Source: Tubiluchus corallicola (taxonomy: Eukaryota; Animalia; Priapulida). Taken from it: DNA of 64,000 bases. The position numbers were made by a program, and so were the translations under genes. The stretch spans positions 186,001 to 250,000 of the forward strand of contig JAQGDQ010000068.1 of NCBI GenBank assembly GCA_030141605.1, given 5' to 3'. The first letter of the stretch is position 1, and each line of letters begins with the position of its first letter. The notes below the pieces were generated by a model. That model had not been told where the DNA came from. It made no database searches and worked only from the letters and a program-made list of their open reading frames with translations. Of this stretch, positions 1-12,130 are shown one piece after another.

Positions 1-1421
1 ATGGAGAAGCGGCAGCAGCAGATGCAGAGGGGAAAGATACTGGCTAGTGAATGTGTGGCCTGAACTTCGCAAGAAATACGCTCCTCGTCAAATCTGGAAC
101 TGTGACGAGACAGGCCTCTATCATCGCGCCCTTCCAGACAGCACATTCATACTCAGGGACGAAAAGAAGGCTGGAGGGAAGAGCAAAGAACATTTGACTG
201 TTCTGTTCTGTGTCAGCTGGACGGGAGAGAAGAGAATTCCTTTCGTCATTGCAAATAGCGCTAAGCCACGATGCTTCACCGGCATAAAGAAGCTGCCAGC
301 ATGCTACCGAGCTAACAAAATAGCGTGGATGACAGGCCAGCTTTTCACTGAATGGCTTCAAGAGTGGGATCAAGAACTTCGACGCAAGGGAGAGAAGGTG
401 CTGCTGCTGTTGGACAACTGTTCAGCCCATCCAAAAGAGCAGCTTGACAACATCGAGTTGGCATTCTTGCCGCCAAACACGACATCTCTCTTGCAACCAC
501 TGGACCAGGGCATCATTCGGGCATTCAAAGCCCACTTCAGGCGCAGCATAATGATGGCCGTGCTAAATGAGATTGACAACGGAAGCGCATCAGATGCTAC
601 GACACTCGCCAACAAAATCAATGTTCTGGATGCGCTGATTAAACTGAAAGTTGCTTGGGAATCTGTCAAAACCGAAACCATTGTGAATTGTTGGCGACGA
701 GGAGGACAGGATGACGGCAATGTGAAAGATCCAACAATTGATGACGCTGTTCTGTCCACCCCAATGGATGTTAACCTGGAGCAGTGGGAAGCATTCATCG
801 ACATCGATGTTGACCTTCAAGTGACTGAGAAGATGACAGACAAATGCATTGTCGAAGAAGTGGCGAGACAGTTCCACCCCGAGAAGGCAGAGAACGACAG
901 TGACAGCAGCGATGATGAAGAGGAAGTTGCAATCCCCACACGGAAGGAAATGATGAAACACTTCAATAAGCTGAAACTCGGATTGGTGGCACGAGGCTTC
1001 GAGGACAACCTTCAATTGAAACAGTTGGGAGCCGAAATTGACCGCCTCACCAGAGGAGAAATGAAGCAAAGCAAGCTATCAATATTTTTCAAGCAGTAGA
1101 TGTAGAGTTTTCTGTCGTCTCCAGCACAATTTCGGAAAAAAAATTATGTGCATTGAAAAAATTTTAAGGCAATTCTGGCATCATGAAATATTTACCCAAC
1201 CATGAAATAAAAACATTAGTCTAGGAATTTTTAGGTCCTTTTTAGGCCAGAAAAACATTATGCTGTTTCATGTCGTTTCTAGCATAATTTCGGGAAATAA
1301 ATAATTTCTATGAGCATAAAAAATTTTAAAGCAATTCTGGGTCATGCTCGTTATAAGAATCGCTCGCTATAAGAATCACTTTGCCTTCTCCCGAGGTGAT
1401 TCTTATAACGAGAGTCCACTG
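1..1421 (+). mobile_element. Tigger/pogo (Tc1-mariner superfamily) DNA transposon, right part, truncated by the window start
   Basis: DDE_1 transposase ORF, then subterminal repeats CTCGTTATAAGAATC (1347-1361) and CTCGCTATAAGAATC (1363-1377). The right TIR GGTGATTCTTATAACGAGAGTCCACTG ends at 1421 and is followed by a TA target site (1422-1423). Confidence 0.92.
3..1099 (+). CDS. Tigger-like (CENP-B-related) DDE transposase, C-terminal part, with an apparent frameshift at about 30-35
   Basis: Catalytic motifs IWNCDETGL, LLLLDNCSAH and LLQPLDQGII (DD29D spacing), acidic C-terminal patch, and a QSKLSIFFK PIP-box-like tail. The upstream GEAAAADAEG motif lies in a different frame (3-32). Confidence 0.88.
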   Translation, partial: RSGSSRCRGERYWLVNVWPELRKKYAPRQIWNCDETGLYHRALPDSTFILRDEKKAGGKSKEHLTVLFCVSWTGEKRIPFVIANSAKPRCFTGIKKLPACYRANKIAWMTGQLFTEWLQEWDQELRRKGEKVLLLLDNCSAHPKEQLDNIELAFLPPNTTSLLQPLDQGIIRAFKAHFRRSIMMAVLNEIDNGSASDATTLANKINVLDALIKLKVAWESVKTETIVNCWRRGGQDDGNVKDPTIDDAVLSTPMDVNLEQWEAFIDIDVDLQVTEKMTDKCIVEEVARQFHPEKAENDSDSSDDEEEVAIPTRKEMMKHFNKLKLGLVARGFEDNLQLKQLGAEIDRLTRGEMKQSKLSIFFKQ

Positions 1422-2095
1422 TATTTACTTTCTTCTATAGTTTTGAACTACAGCAACAATTTTGGAATGTGGCTAGGGCAAATCCAGGTCAATCGCATGC
1501 CTGAATGTTAGCCATCCAGGCATGGAAAAAATCTTTGTCAGGAGGTAAATCTGTAAGTGAGTATACGGTTTGGTGACTTCTAAGATGGAGAGCCCTGTGG
1601 TCATGAAACTCACAGTGCACATTCCTCAGTACGGAAACTTTGTTCATAATGACTTGAGAATCCCAGGCAAAGGTCATGGAATGGGAGGGTCTCGATTTTT
1701 TGTTACTCTGTATCTCTTAGTTCTTAATGTAGGGCCACAATCTTTGGCATATGACTAAGTGAGGTCAATCACTATCACTGAAAACAGCCATAAGGGTATC
1801 AGAAAATTTTCCAACTGGGGGACTGAAACTGAATGGGGGATCAGCAAGGCAAATCTTTCCAGTACTGAGCAGCAGTAGATTGTACAACCTCAAATGAAAG
1901 GTCTAGAGGAAGTGAATTCTACGGTACGAGTTACGCCAAAATTGGTTGGCCACTGACACGAGGTAATGGGTCAAAAATGAAAGTTCCGATTTTGATACCT
2001 TATAGTATCAAATGTATGGTTGGAATGAGCCAAATGAAATAGTATAAGTTGACCGAAGGTTGACCATGTCATGTCCAAGGATCAGTTGTCAAACG

Positions 2096-2129
<34 letters not shown>

Positions 2130-2130
2130 T
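2096..2130. repeat. (AT)n microsatellite
   Basis: Direct reading of the run. Confidence 0.9.
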
Positions 2131-3835
2131 TGTCTTTCTGATTATATGATGCTAAAAATTTCCTGAAACCACATCGCACGTAATGTTACGAGTCTCTACT
2201 GTTCGGGATGTAATGTGGATCTAGTTTTCTGTGTGCCATTGATTCTGTTATCATATTTCATCAGAAATCGGATAAGCACACACAGCATCTTAATTGTTCA
2301 CTTGAAAAAGTTTTCCAGCAATTATATAACAAAAAAAGACAATTTAAAAAGATGTGCTTGTCACCTAAACTATAGTTGTCCTTTACTATACAATTATTAA
2401 AGCATTTTAGGCACATTTAATATTTCATTTTAGTCTAATGATCAAATTATATTACATACCTTATTGACAGAGTCTACTACATTTCACGCAGTTAATCAGG
2501 GTTCTACATAGGGCAAACACTATTACAGCCTACATGACTCACTAAGCCATTGGATCAATAAAACCCGCGCTTCCTTTATATACCACACGTTCAGCTCCGC
2601 CCACCTTAACGCTCTGTAGGCCAATCACAGCGCGCTGACGCGTTGCTGAATTCAGCGGCCAGCGCGTTTATGCAACTGTCTATGACGCATGCTGTATGTC
2701 AGCCTTAAGTTTAATCACCTTAGGATATTGTCCACGCATGAACGCCAGTGTGTTTGCTCGCAGATAGCGTTGACCTCATTCCAAACATTCTTTATTGATC
2801 GCAGCTGCAGCTGTTGAGCAAGAAACCGGCTTACAAGGCTGAAAGGAGACACCGCCCCTTAAGTGACATAAATTAGAGCGTAGCGAAATTCTGTTTTTCT
2901 ACAGCATTATGAACAACTTTCCAATGTTATTTTGGGCTAGTGCGCTACCACATCTAGTACTGATCGATTGATAAGCGATGATGGTTTCGCCAGCCTGTGT
3001 CAGATAACTTAATTGATTCGTAATGAAAATTAATAACTTACTCATACAACATAGTGACATCAAGCAAAATACTTAGCAATCTATCATCTACAAAGGATAT
3101 CTGTTCCGATGTCGTGCTTTCATTCAAAGACGAATCGATATATAATAAATAACTGTTTACTATAAATAAACAAGCTTACTAATTTAGGCAAAATGTAATT
3201 AAAAACTGACGGTTGTACGATGGTTATTTTCTAATTTGTTTCATAGTAACTGGCGTAGTAATAATTGTGATGCTTGCAGTTACTACATGTACTGTAAAAA
3301 AAGTAGGCACCAGCTTTGTAATGAAAATTCAGTGATAATGTTAGTTACTGATTACTGAGCAATGAGTCATAATTATGGGGGTTGTGCAGCGGTCATGCAG
3401 CTGTAGGCGAGTAGGCAAGCAGCTGTTTCTAAATTCGGTTTTCGAAATCCAAACCCGTAACTTATTTTTGCGTTCGCCATTCGGTTTATTGACCGCGTGC
3501 TTCCTGCGGCTATGCTTTACTATACTTAGCAGTCTAGTAAAAGCGATGTTGCCCAAACTCTATTAAGAGATTATCGAACGCCGCAGGATGTGATTGGTTT
3601 GTTCACCACATATGGACGAAGTAGTCACGTGTATTCACTTATAATGTATAGTCCCACTTGTCTGTTAGTTTTCCTGAGTTTTTTTGCGTGTAATATTCGG
3701 ATCTTATTTAGTTAGGTCTAAGTGCAGCGTGTTACTGCATTAGTGCTCTCTAACATAACTATTTAAATTATATCTTCTTCAATTTATGGAATTGCAGTAA
3801 TATACAGCGAGAAGCACTTTTGACAACAAAAGTAA

Positions 3836-4380
3836 AGTAAAGAGAAGTTACTTTAAACTAGTAAAGAGAAGTTACTTTAAACTAGTAAAGAGAAGCAGTG
3901 AATCGCAAATTATGACACTTCAAGGCTATATGGAAGAACAATATATCAAACGAAAGGTCTCGATGAGACAAACCGAATGGTGTAAGTTATTCCAAGACTG
4001 GTTGATCTCTGACCCCACTAGGGGCAAAAACTGAAAACTGGGGGACGGGAACAGAAATGCATCGAGTGTCTACGAATAGTAGCATATAGCATAGCAAATG
4101 AAAGGTCTTGAGGCGAATCGAACGGTACAGGTTACAGTGTAGATCGTTAACCTGTGACCCAGTTAGGGGCATAATAGATGTCGAGGAGACAAATGCCTTC
4201 CAGGGTCTACCAAAAGTAGCTTGTTGTAAATCAAATGAAAGGTCTCAATGAGACAAACTGAATGATATAAGTCATGCCAAAATGGGCTGACCTTTGACCC
4301 GTGGGTGATAGGCTGAACAGTTAAATGCTGAAGTTTCATTGTAAATTGCACTTCACATGTGTATTCAATAAAAGTAAATT
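3836..4380 (+). repeat. Dispersed non-autonomous repeat carrying ATCAAATGAAAGGTCTCGATGAGAC modules; begins with a 24-bp tandem duplication containing ACTAGT
   Basis: Three modules at about 3945, 4093 and 4230. Segment 4000-4300 aligns in reverse complement to 31400-31700. Related modules occur at about 1890-2050 and 10280-10320. Confidence 0.7.
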
Positions 4381-4479
4381 CAATAAAAGAAAATAAGCAC
4401 TTTCAAGAAAATCTGTCATCTCTTCATTTTAAGGCAAAATTTTATAACTATATCCAAAATCTTCAGTTTCTGACCAAGC

Positions 4480-5110
4480 ATTGTAGAGATAAAGCCTTTA
4501 TCCTTCATTAGAGTACTCCTCTGTTTCCTATCTGCGGCTAAAATTTTCAATTCATGTGATACTATTATTAGGTTTGGTCTCCGCTGTTGTAAATCTTTAT
4601 TAAATCGTGATATCCAATTTGATTTTAGCTTACCTGCAGGTCGTTTAGTAGGTTTCAGTGCTTCGTTTAACGTTAATCTTACTGGTGCTATTTCTGGGAA
4701 TCTCATTAAATGTCCCACCCATATTAGCCTTCTGATTCTGATTTTGGTGCTCCAATGTTCTTCTTTGGTTGTGTTGTACAGCTGCTTATTTGAAATGATA
4801 TTATGGTCATTTTATTTTAAAGACTTTTCTGAGTAGACCTCTGTGAAATACATCTATTTCTGCTCTGTGCGTTGCAGTCAAGCCCCACATTTCACTGTTT
4901 GTACAAGAAGATACTCGTTATATACTGCATTGAAGAATCGCAGTCTTCTTTTGAGAGTATAGTTTCTTGTTGGTTTGAATTGATTCATTTTGGATAAAAC
5001 GTACATTGCCCGTTATTCCTATTTTTATATCATCTTCTGTGTTAAGTAGTGCTGCCATGTATTTGCAACGTATCCAGGATTGGTCGTCATTCCATGATAT
5101 GTTATATCCT
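4480..5110 (-). mobile_element. Decayed RTE-like non-LTR retrotransposon fragment (C-terminal part of the RT ORF)
   Basis: Frameshifted minus-strand peptides LKRRLRFFNA, SEMWGLTA, IDVFHRGLLRKV and RIRRLIWVGHLMR...KRPAGKLKSNW, typical of the post-RT region of RTE elements. Confidence 0.75.
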
Positions 5111-8100
5111 CAGATCAATGACGGCTAAGTCAGTTAGATCGCCATAGCAACGCACTTGGAAAGAAGTTTCCTGTTGGCTGTGCTTAAAGCGCATATGTTT
5201 AGGTAAGGGGTCTGGAAAACAGAGTAAAAAACAGGTAGTGGATCTTGGAGAGAACAGTAAGCTCCTCCAGCGCGATCTGGGGCCCTGGAAACCAATGCAT
5301 TTTCTTGGTTTTTACTCATTTTGAGTCAAAGGTCGGAAAGTTAATGAAAAAAGGCCAGTTCAGTAAGCAGTATTTCAACTCTTGTTCACCTTTAAGAATA
5401 TAAAATTTAGGTATTTATTCAAAAGCAACATTTTCTTTGTCTGCTCATTTAACCACTGTCGAACCAGCCATCTAGGTCCTTTGAATTATCTAATCAATAA
5501 CAAAAATAATATCATTTTCTCTTTTGTGGCCAATCACTTCCTGTGAGTCAGACCACAATCACATATTTCATCATATTCACAAACACAAAATCATTTAACA
5601 AATCACCCATTTCTTTCTTTATTCACAATATATCTGCTTTCATTTTCAAGCGCGTGTCAATAAATTACAGCGTCCTAGGCGGTTTTTGAATATTTATATA
5701 TGAAGCCCAATAAACAATTATTATGATGTATTAGTAGTACTAGTACTTAAATACTCTTGTTGTTCTTATTGATTACATATATTTGTAAGGGTTTATATTT
5801 AAGGATGGTTGCACAACTGATTTTGGGGTAGGACCTTTTATATAAAAATAATTGTACAAACTTTGAATGTCTTTTATAAAGACTTACTCGCAGTAACTGC
5901 CTGTGGTGTGTTATAAAATACACACTTTATACCAATGTATGAAAGGATACACATTTTCAGAGTATAGAAGAGAATAGAAATTTTTTAACACTGAGCCAAT
6001 ATTTGGCACCCTAGTCTACAGCCTGGATAGTCTTTGGTAAATACGCCCTGATCATTTTCATCTAAGGTGCACTTATTGATTACGCCTTCGTAATTAAGAA
6101 ACCGTTTTGGGTAATTATGGCAAGTTGACAGTAGTTTCAGTCATAATTGCATTACGATAATTTGTATTGTGATGAATAAATTTAGGAATATGAATTTTAG
6201 TAGATAATTAATGGAGTTATCAGCTGAATTAGATTCAGGTGATAAACTCACGCCTCCCTGATTTCGTTAAGTAAATTTACACGGTTGAACAAGAAACTTA
6301 TCCAGCTGGCAGCTCGAATTTAATGAGTTAGAATTGTCACACGATTTGTAGAAAGTGCAGGTGTCGTGTTCGAGAAAGACACTATTGTTTAACTGGAATA
6401 CATTCAGAGTAGGAGATAATTAGGAGAAGGTCTAGAGCGATTTAGTTGTCGCATGGAAAGACCAGACGGTATGAAAGTCTCAAAGGCGACGGAATTTAAG
6501 AAACTCATTACTGGTTGTAAAATCAGAAGTGAAAGGAAAGTCGCTTTCCAGGAGGTAGCAGATGTTGCCAGATGGTGCAATGTCTCGAAGGTCAACTCTC
6601 AGAAATATAAGCTCTAGGAAAAATTACCTAGACACACACACAGGGGTGACACGCGAGTGTCACACAACACGAACGAGGGAGTCTGACAAGTGGTTTGCTA
6701 CCATACCGTGTGTCCGAGACAACTTCTACAAGACAGGAAGCCACGTTTGCCCAGCGTGGAAAGGAATCTGTGTACTTAGCCAAAGACTGAGCACTGGTGC
6801 GGCGTAGTCTCGAAAAGCAATCAGGATTTGACCAAGTGTAAGGGTACATTGGTCAATCCACAAGTTAAGTGGTTCAACTTATTTGTATCAGTATCTGAAT
6901 AGCTGTAACCGTTACGTTGTATGAAGCACCTTCAGTGCAGCATATCTAATTGTTAGTAATTAAAGTGAATAGCATCTTCTCTGGAGCTATACTTTAGTTG
7001 TAAGCGCCCACCGGCGTATAAGACCAAATCTTGTAAGCAAAGCCAGAGTTGATAAAGTGTAATTGAAATCCAATAAAGTCTGTTCACTGTAATAACGCAG
7101 ACATTGAGTTCTTGAATGATTAAGAGGTTAACGGTAAATTGCATACGCATCACTAAATCCTAGATACGAACTTGAGAAGATTCGCATTGTACTCAGAAGC
7201 TCAATTGCGGGAGCTAAGCTTGTAAACTTGAGGGATAAAGGCCTCACTCACAACGCAAGGTCGAAGTGAAAGTCGTGTAGGACAAGATCATTGCCTTAGC
7301 GACTTAACTAAAGCCCTTGGAGTCAGGTAACTGAGATTCAATCGATTACCTAAAAGCGAACGATAAGCGAATCTATAAAATCTATAAAATCTAATATAAC
7401 AATCAAATCAATTAATTCAAGATCACTCGATACGGCTAAATAACTATACGATCACTCTATCGAGTGAAGGAAACTTGATAGTGTAATTATGTATTGCGTC
7501 GGTAGTGGAAAAATCTCGTTATGAGTTGTGCCTGTGTCCTTTTCATTTTCAACAAAAATGAACACCTGCAACAAACGTTCACCTATCTTCGAACTGCTGT
7601 GTTGTGACAGAGACAAAAATAATACATGTTGTGGTGCGTTTTTAAGTAAATGTGTGTTTCGTTTTTCGTCTTTACTGTCTACAGTTCAATAACAGACAAA
7701 GTTTTTAGTAATACTGCTAGAAAAAGGTTTTATGCATCACAAGTTTTTGCGTTATGGATAGGCTTCTAGCCAATTAAATGGTGAGAATCTAAATGTACAA
7801 CCCGGCGAGAAATTAGTTTCTCTTTACGTGCAGAGTCTATAATTTTAGTTTCCGCGACCCGGACAGACCCTGCGCACTTTAGCACTGCCTGTTGGTCACC
7901 ATAGCAACGGACTGCGAAGTCAGCTTCCTGCTGATGACCACAGCAACGATCACCATAACAACGAACTGGGAAGGAAGTTGGTTACCACTGCAACGAGCTG
8001 ATCACCATAGCAATGGCCTAGGAAGACACTTCCCAGTGGGATACCGATTTTTCATGATAATGATAAAAACGGATCAACTGTCATCCACCAGCAGGTTAGC

Positions 8101-8336
8101 ATGCGCAGATCAGACGCTAAGGCCTTGTTTCTGCTGGATGTTACTATGTGTTAATCGGGAAGTGCACCATGCAAAGCCGCCCGAAATTTTGGAACTTTCC
8201 CTATAGAGTGCTACGAGCCACTGATGACACCAAGTCACCCTCTTAATGACAAATATCGAAATCTTCCCTCCTTTTCCTGCTCCTGCTCCATCTCCATTTC
8301 TGTATACACCACTGAATGGCACTTACCCCATCCTAC

Positions 8337-8460
8337 CATGCTGCCAAGCTTGCCACACTGCCAAACCTGCCAAACGCCAAGAATGCCAAGAACACCAAGC
8401 TGCCAAGAATGCCATGCTGCCAAGACTGCCAAGAATGCCAAGCCTCCAAGAATGCGAAGC
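8337..8460. repeat. Degenerate 8-9-bp minisatellite (GCCAAGAAT/GCCAAGCT units)
   Basis: Repeated CCAAG-cored units; these explain the overlapping spurious ORFs at 8224-8544. Confidence 0.85.
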
Positions 8461-10509
8461 TATCCAACCCTGGCATATATATATATTCGCGTGAAACTTG
8501 AAATGTTCTTTTTCTTTCCCAGAAAATGATGACCTCAGTACCAATTTTTTTATTTTTCTAGTTTTCTTGTTTTAGTGTGATGCCATTCACTTTTGATCAT
8601 CTGTGACCATCATCATAAACGTTGTTCCAAAACATATGTCATTCTTCCAAATGTCCTTTTAATTCTAGTTGTAGGCTATGTCTTACAACATGATTGCCTT
8701 TCTCAATGTGAACTCGTCACGAGGAAAACACTCGGTAGCTCTGAAATAATACAGGCCATACGTGGCCTGTATAACCAGCAATGAAAAAGTCACGCATCAT
8801 TTCTCTGACGGAAGGCAAAATGCGGATGCGTAACCGTTTTTTTCAGCTCATGCAAATATAGTCATAACTAGTGGACGCTTTTGATTGTGTCAAAAACTAA
8901 GGTAAGATTCTGATACTGTAACAGGAGATGCTTTTTGTGAGAACTTTTGTTTTTCAAATAAAAAATGTTTTTCAAAACAGTTAGCATCATGTACGCAAGT
9001 GCTGTCGTGCTTGACATTAAAAGCTTCAGTGAAATCGGAATTCGTCACCTTTTCACCAGTGGCCCGTAACTCAGCACTCTTCGTTGAGTACGCCATTTTT
9101 AATTGCTTAGGAATTGCCTTTCGTTTTAGTAAAACGGAACGTATAATTTATTGACAGGTAACCAGTTGCCAATCTATTTATTAACTAAGACATGTACTGT
9201 TTTCTTCATAGCCAAGCACACAATATAACCTCACAAGTATTTCCTTCCCCACTTGTCAGTGAGCTTCACAAAGTTGCAAACTAATACTTAATTTTGCTAT
9301 CAATAGCATTTTAACATTAGCACATTCAAATCAATTTAAAGAAAACGAAAATACAAATTAATATAATCTTGTAAAAACTAGCAAAACTGACAGAAGCATT
9401 TTGCATAATGTCCAAACACTTTGAACCGAAAAAAGAAGATTTAAAACGGTGAGACCGAAAGCTTTGTGGGCAACTTTTCCACGCAAAGTCCAGCACTCAG
9501 ACAGTTCCGCCACGCATCTTTCGAACAATTACAGCCGGATAAAAAACGGCTATAATAGTTATATATATATATATATATATTGTCATCATACACAAATTGT
9601 ACAGTAATCAAATCACAATACATATGTTGATTTTAGTCACGTTCAGTCTTTAGATTGATGTTTACAAATGTGTCAGATTATTAGTAAATACATGATTAAA
9701 AACAGTGATGACGCGTTGTTAGTAAATAAAAAATACTTAAAAAAAGTTTACAATTCAGAATTTTTTACACACAGTTAAAAGTACTATTAACTTTAAGTTT
9801 ATGTATAAAACACAAATTTATAAAGAAAGTTATGCATTTACATTTATATTTACATATGTATAATTTTACATGATTACAGACTATAACTAGAGTTGGCTGA
9901 ATTTTTTTGTAATATATCGTCAGTGTCTAGTTTTTGTTTCTGTTTGACAATTTACAGGTAGTTGACAAATACAGGTAAACTGTGATGTCATTTGCCTTGG
10001 GCGAGAATCCAATTTCACATGTGAAATTTCCGCTAGAGAGCTTGGAATTAGTCGATTGATGTTCGCGCTCATTTAGGTAGAAAAAACATTCACCGTTTTT
10101 AGCTTAGCTCTTTCTCTTTCTAAGGAGCTATAAAACTCATTTAACCATTCCCGCATCATGCTCAATAACATGTTTTCTTGATGACGTTTCGCGAATATTT
10201 CGCTTAATGAAATCGGACTTTCTTATCTTTAACCTGCGATCTTGAGGTTTAGCGTCCACCAAAATCAGCCAAACTTATATCATTCGACTCGTCTCATCGA
10301 GACCATTCATTTGGTATATTACTGTTACTCGATACTGTTATACAACGACGGAGCATTAGTGACCCAGCCCCTCCATTCGGTTTTTATCCCCTAGCACAAA
10401 ATTTTCCTATACGAAATGGCTCATATTCACCGTTTGCAGATGGCTAGAGAAGCTAACTCTGTGATGCATGAATCCCAGATACTGCGAAAATTTGGCAAAA
10501 TCTTAACCT

Positions 10510-11150
10510 TGAAAAGAGGGGCCACTGTCTGTCATGACAACATCGTATATGCCATGAGTGGAAAAAAATCTTGTCAAGAGAAGGAATTACTGTCTTTGCG
10601 GAAGTGGATCGCAATATTACAGCTTGGAAGACCTGGATTAACCATCAACGACTACCATCAGATAGTCCCTTGAAGACGAAGGTCCACCAAAGTTCTAGTG
10701 AGACTCAGTCCATGGAGCATGGAGTAGAGTTGAAGGTTGGAGAGGTTCAGGTTTACTGTTATCAACTGCGGCTTGACATGGAAAGCAAGACTTTATCGTT
10801 CGCTCAGATTGTCTGTCAATGTCTGGAAACCGTACCACCTGTCGGATTAGTCGTTTGGTTATGACTACTCCTTGATGACGTAGGATGAGCATTGAACAAT
10901 CTCAGAGCACACTGTTTATTGGTACAACGATTTTGGGTGTGGCAGACTATTCATCCTTGAACGGTTTTAATATTTTGTAAGTGGCTTTATCAGCGTCTGC
11001 AGATGGTACATATCAGGTCAAGATTTTGCGTTGATAGCCTGTATAACTGCTTGTAGTGTGGCGTCTTTCAAGGCTGATACGCGTATGCATTGCAATCCTC
11101 AGTCCATTGTTTTTCGTTTGTTAAATTACATAGATCCTGTTTTGAAATTT
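10510..11150 (-). mobile_element. Decayed Ty3/Gypsy LTR-retrotransposon integrase fragment
   Basis: Minus-strand HQGVVITKRLIRQVVRFPDIDRQSERTIKSCFPCQ (HHCC zinc finger), PEPLQPS..APW and THGIYDVVMTDSGP (integrase core around the second Asp), interrupted by stops and frameshifts. Confidence 0.8.
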
Positions 11151-11266
11151 TCTTCAGCCAGTTTATACCCAGAATCTTTGGAAGGCGTCAATTTCATTTT
11201 CTGAACAATTTTGACTATGCATAATTCAGAATCATTATAAAAAATACAAGTGCTATAAGTGACGAG

Positions 11267-11425
<159 letters not shown>

Positions 11426-11449
11426 GATAATTTAGTTTCTATGGTAGAA

Positions 11450-12130
11450 TCTATACTAACGATCTTCCCATGACTAAAATTTTTGATTCTAAATTGTTTG
11501 CAGACGATACAAATCGTTTTTGGCAGGTAAAAATCTCAAAAACCACGAAAGTATTGTTAGCACAGAAATTAAAAAAATAGATATTTGGATGAAAACAAAT
11601 CAGTTATCAGTCGACTATAATAAAACCAAGTTTATGCTTGTTATTTCCCATCAATGCAAATCTAATTCAGGAAAATTTAAAATCAGTATGGGTAGTAACA
11701 TCATATAGCAAACGGATCAAATTAAATATTTAGGCCTACATGTAGACAACAAAATGTCATGGAAACCACATATAAACCACATAACATACAAAATCAATAA
11801 AGTTATTGGCATTATAATATTATGCAAAATTAGAGATTATGTTGATAAAGATACACTCATAATTGAGCATTGCATATTAACATTTGCTTTGCACCAACAA
11901 CATTGCAACCCCTCGTACCTGATCAAAATAAAATTGTCAAGATAATGAACTTTTCGCAAATTCGGGACCATGGAATACCTGCCTATAAGAATTTACATAA
12001 ATTATCCTAAAACTTCATGATATATGCAACTTTGAACTTGCAAAAATTTGCCTTTAAATTTATACATAATTAATTTCCTAAACTTTTTTCTGACTATTAT
12101 ACCTATACATCTGGTATACAATACTAGATC
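11450..12130 (+). mobile_element. Decayed CR1/L2-group LINE reverse transcriptase fragment
   Basis: SKLFADDTN (catalytic ADD), WMKTNQLSVDYNKTKFML, IKYLGLHVDNKMSWKPHINHITYKINKVIGII; frameshifted. Confidence 0.85.

Noticed and set aside
44-1069. Minus-strand ORFs over the transposase, and similar antisense ORFs over ebony and CSPG4
   Set aside because: Antisense shadows of real coding sequence with no recognisable motifs
3940-4270. Regularly spaced 25-30-bp repeats suggesting a CRISPR array
   Set aside because: Eukaryotic context, degenerate repeats, spacing of about 140 bp, no cas genes; these are internal modules of a dispersed repeat
5230-5295. ORF peptide RAPDRAGGAYCSLQDPL
   Set aside because: Resembles a common non-coding GC-rich core of invertebrate MITEs, not a gene
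8224-8544. Cys/Pro/Lys-rich short ORFs on both strands
   Set aside because: Produced by the 8-9-bp minisatellite; no splice or homology support
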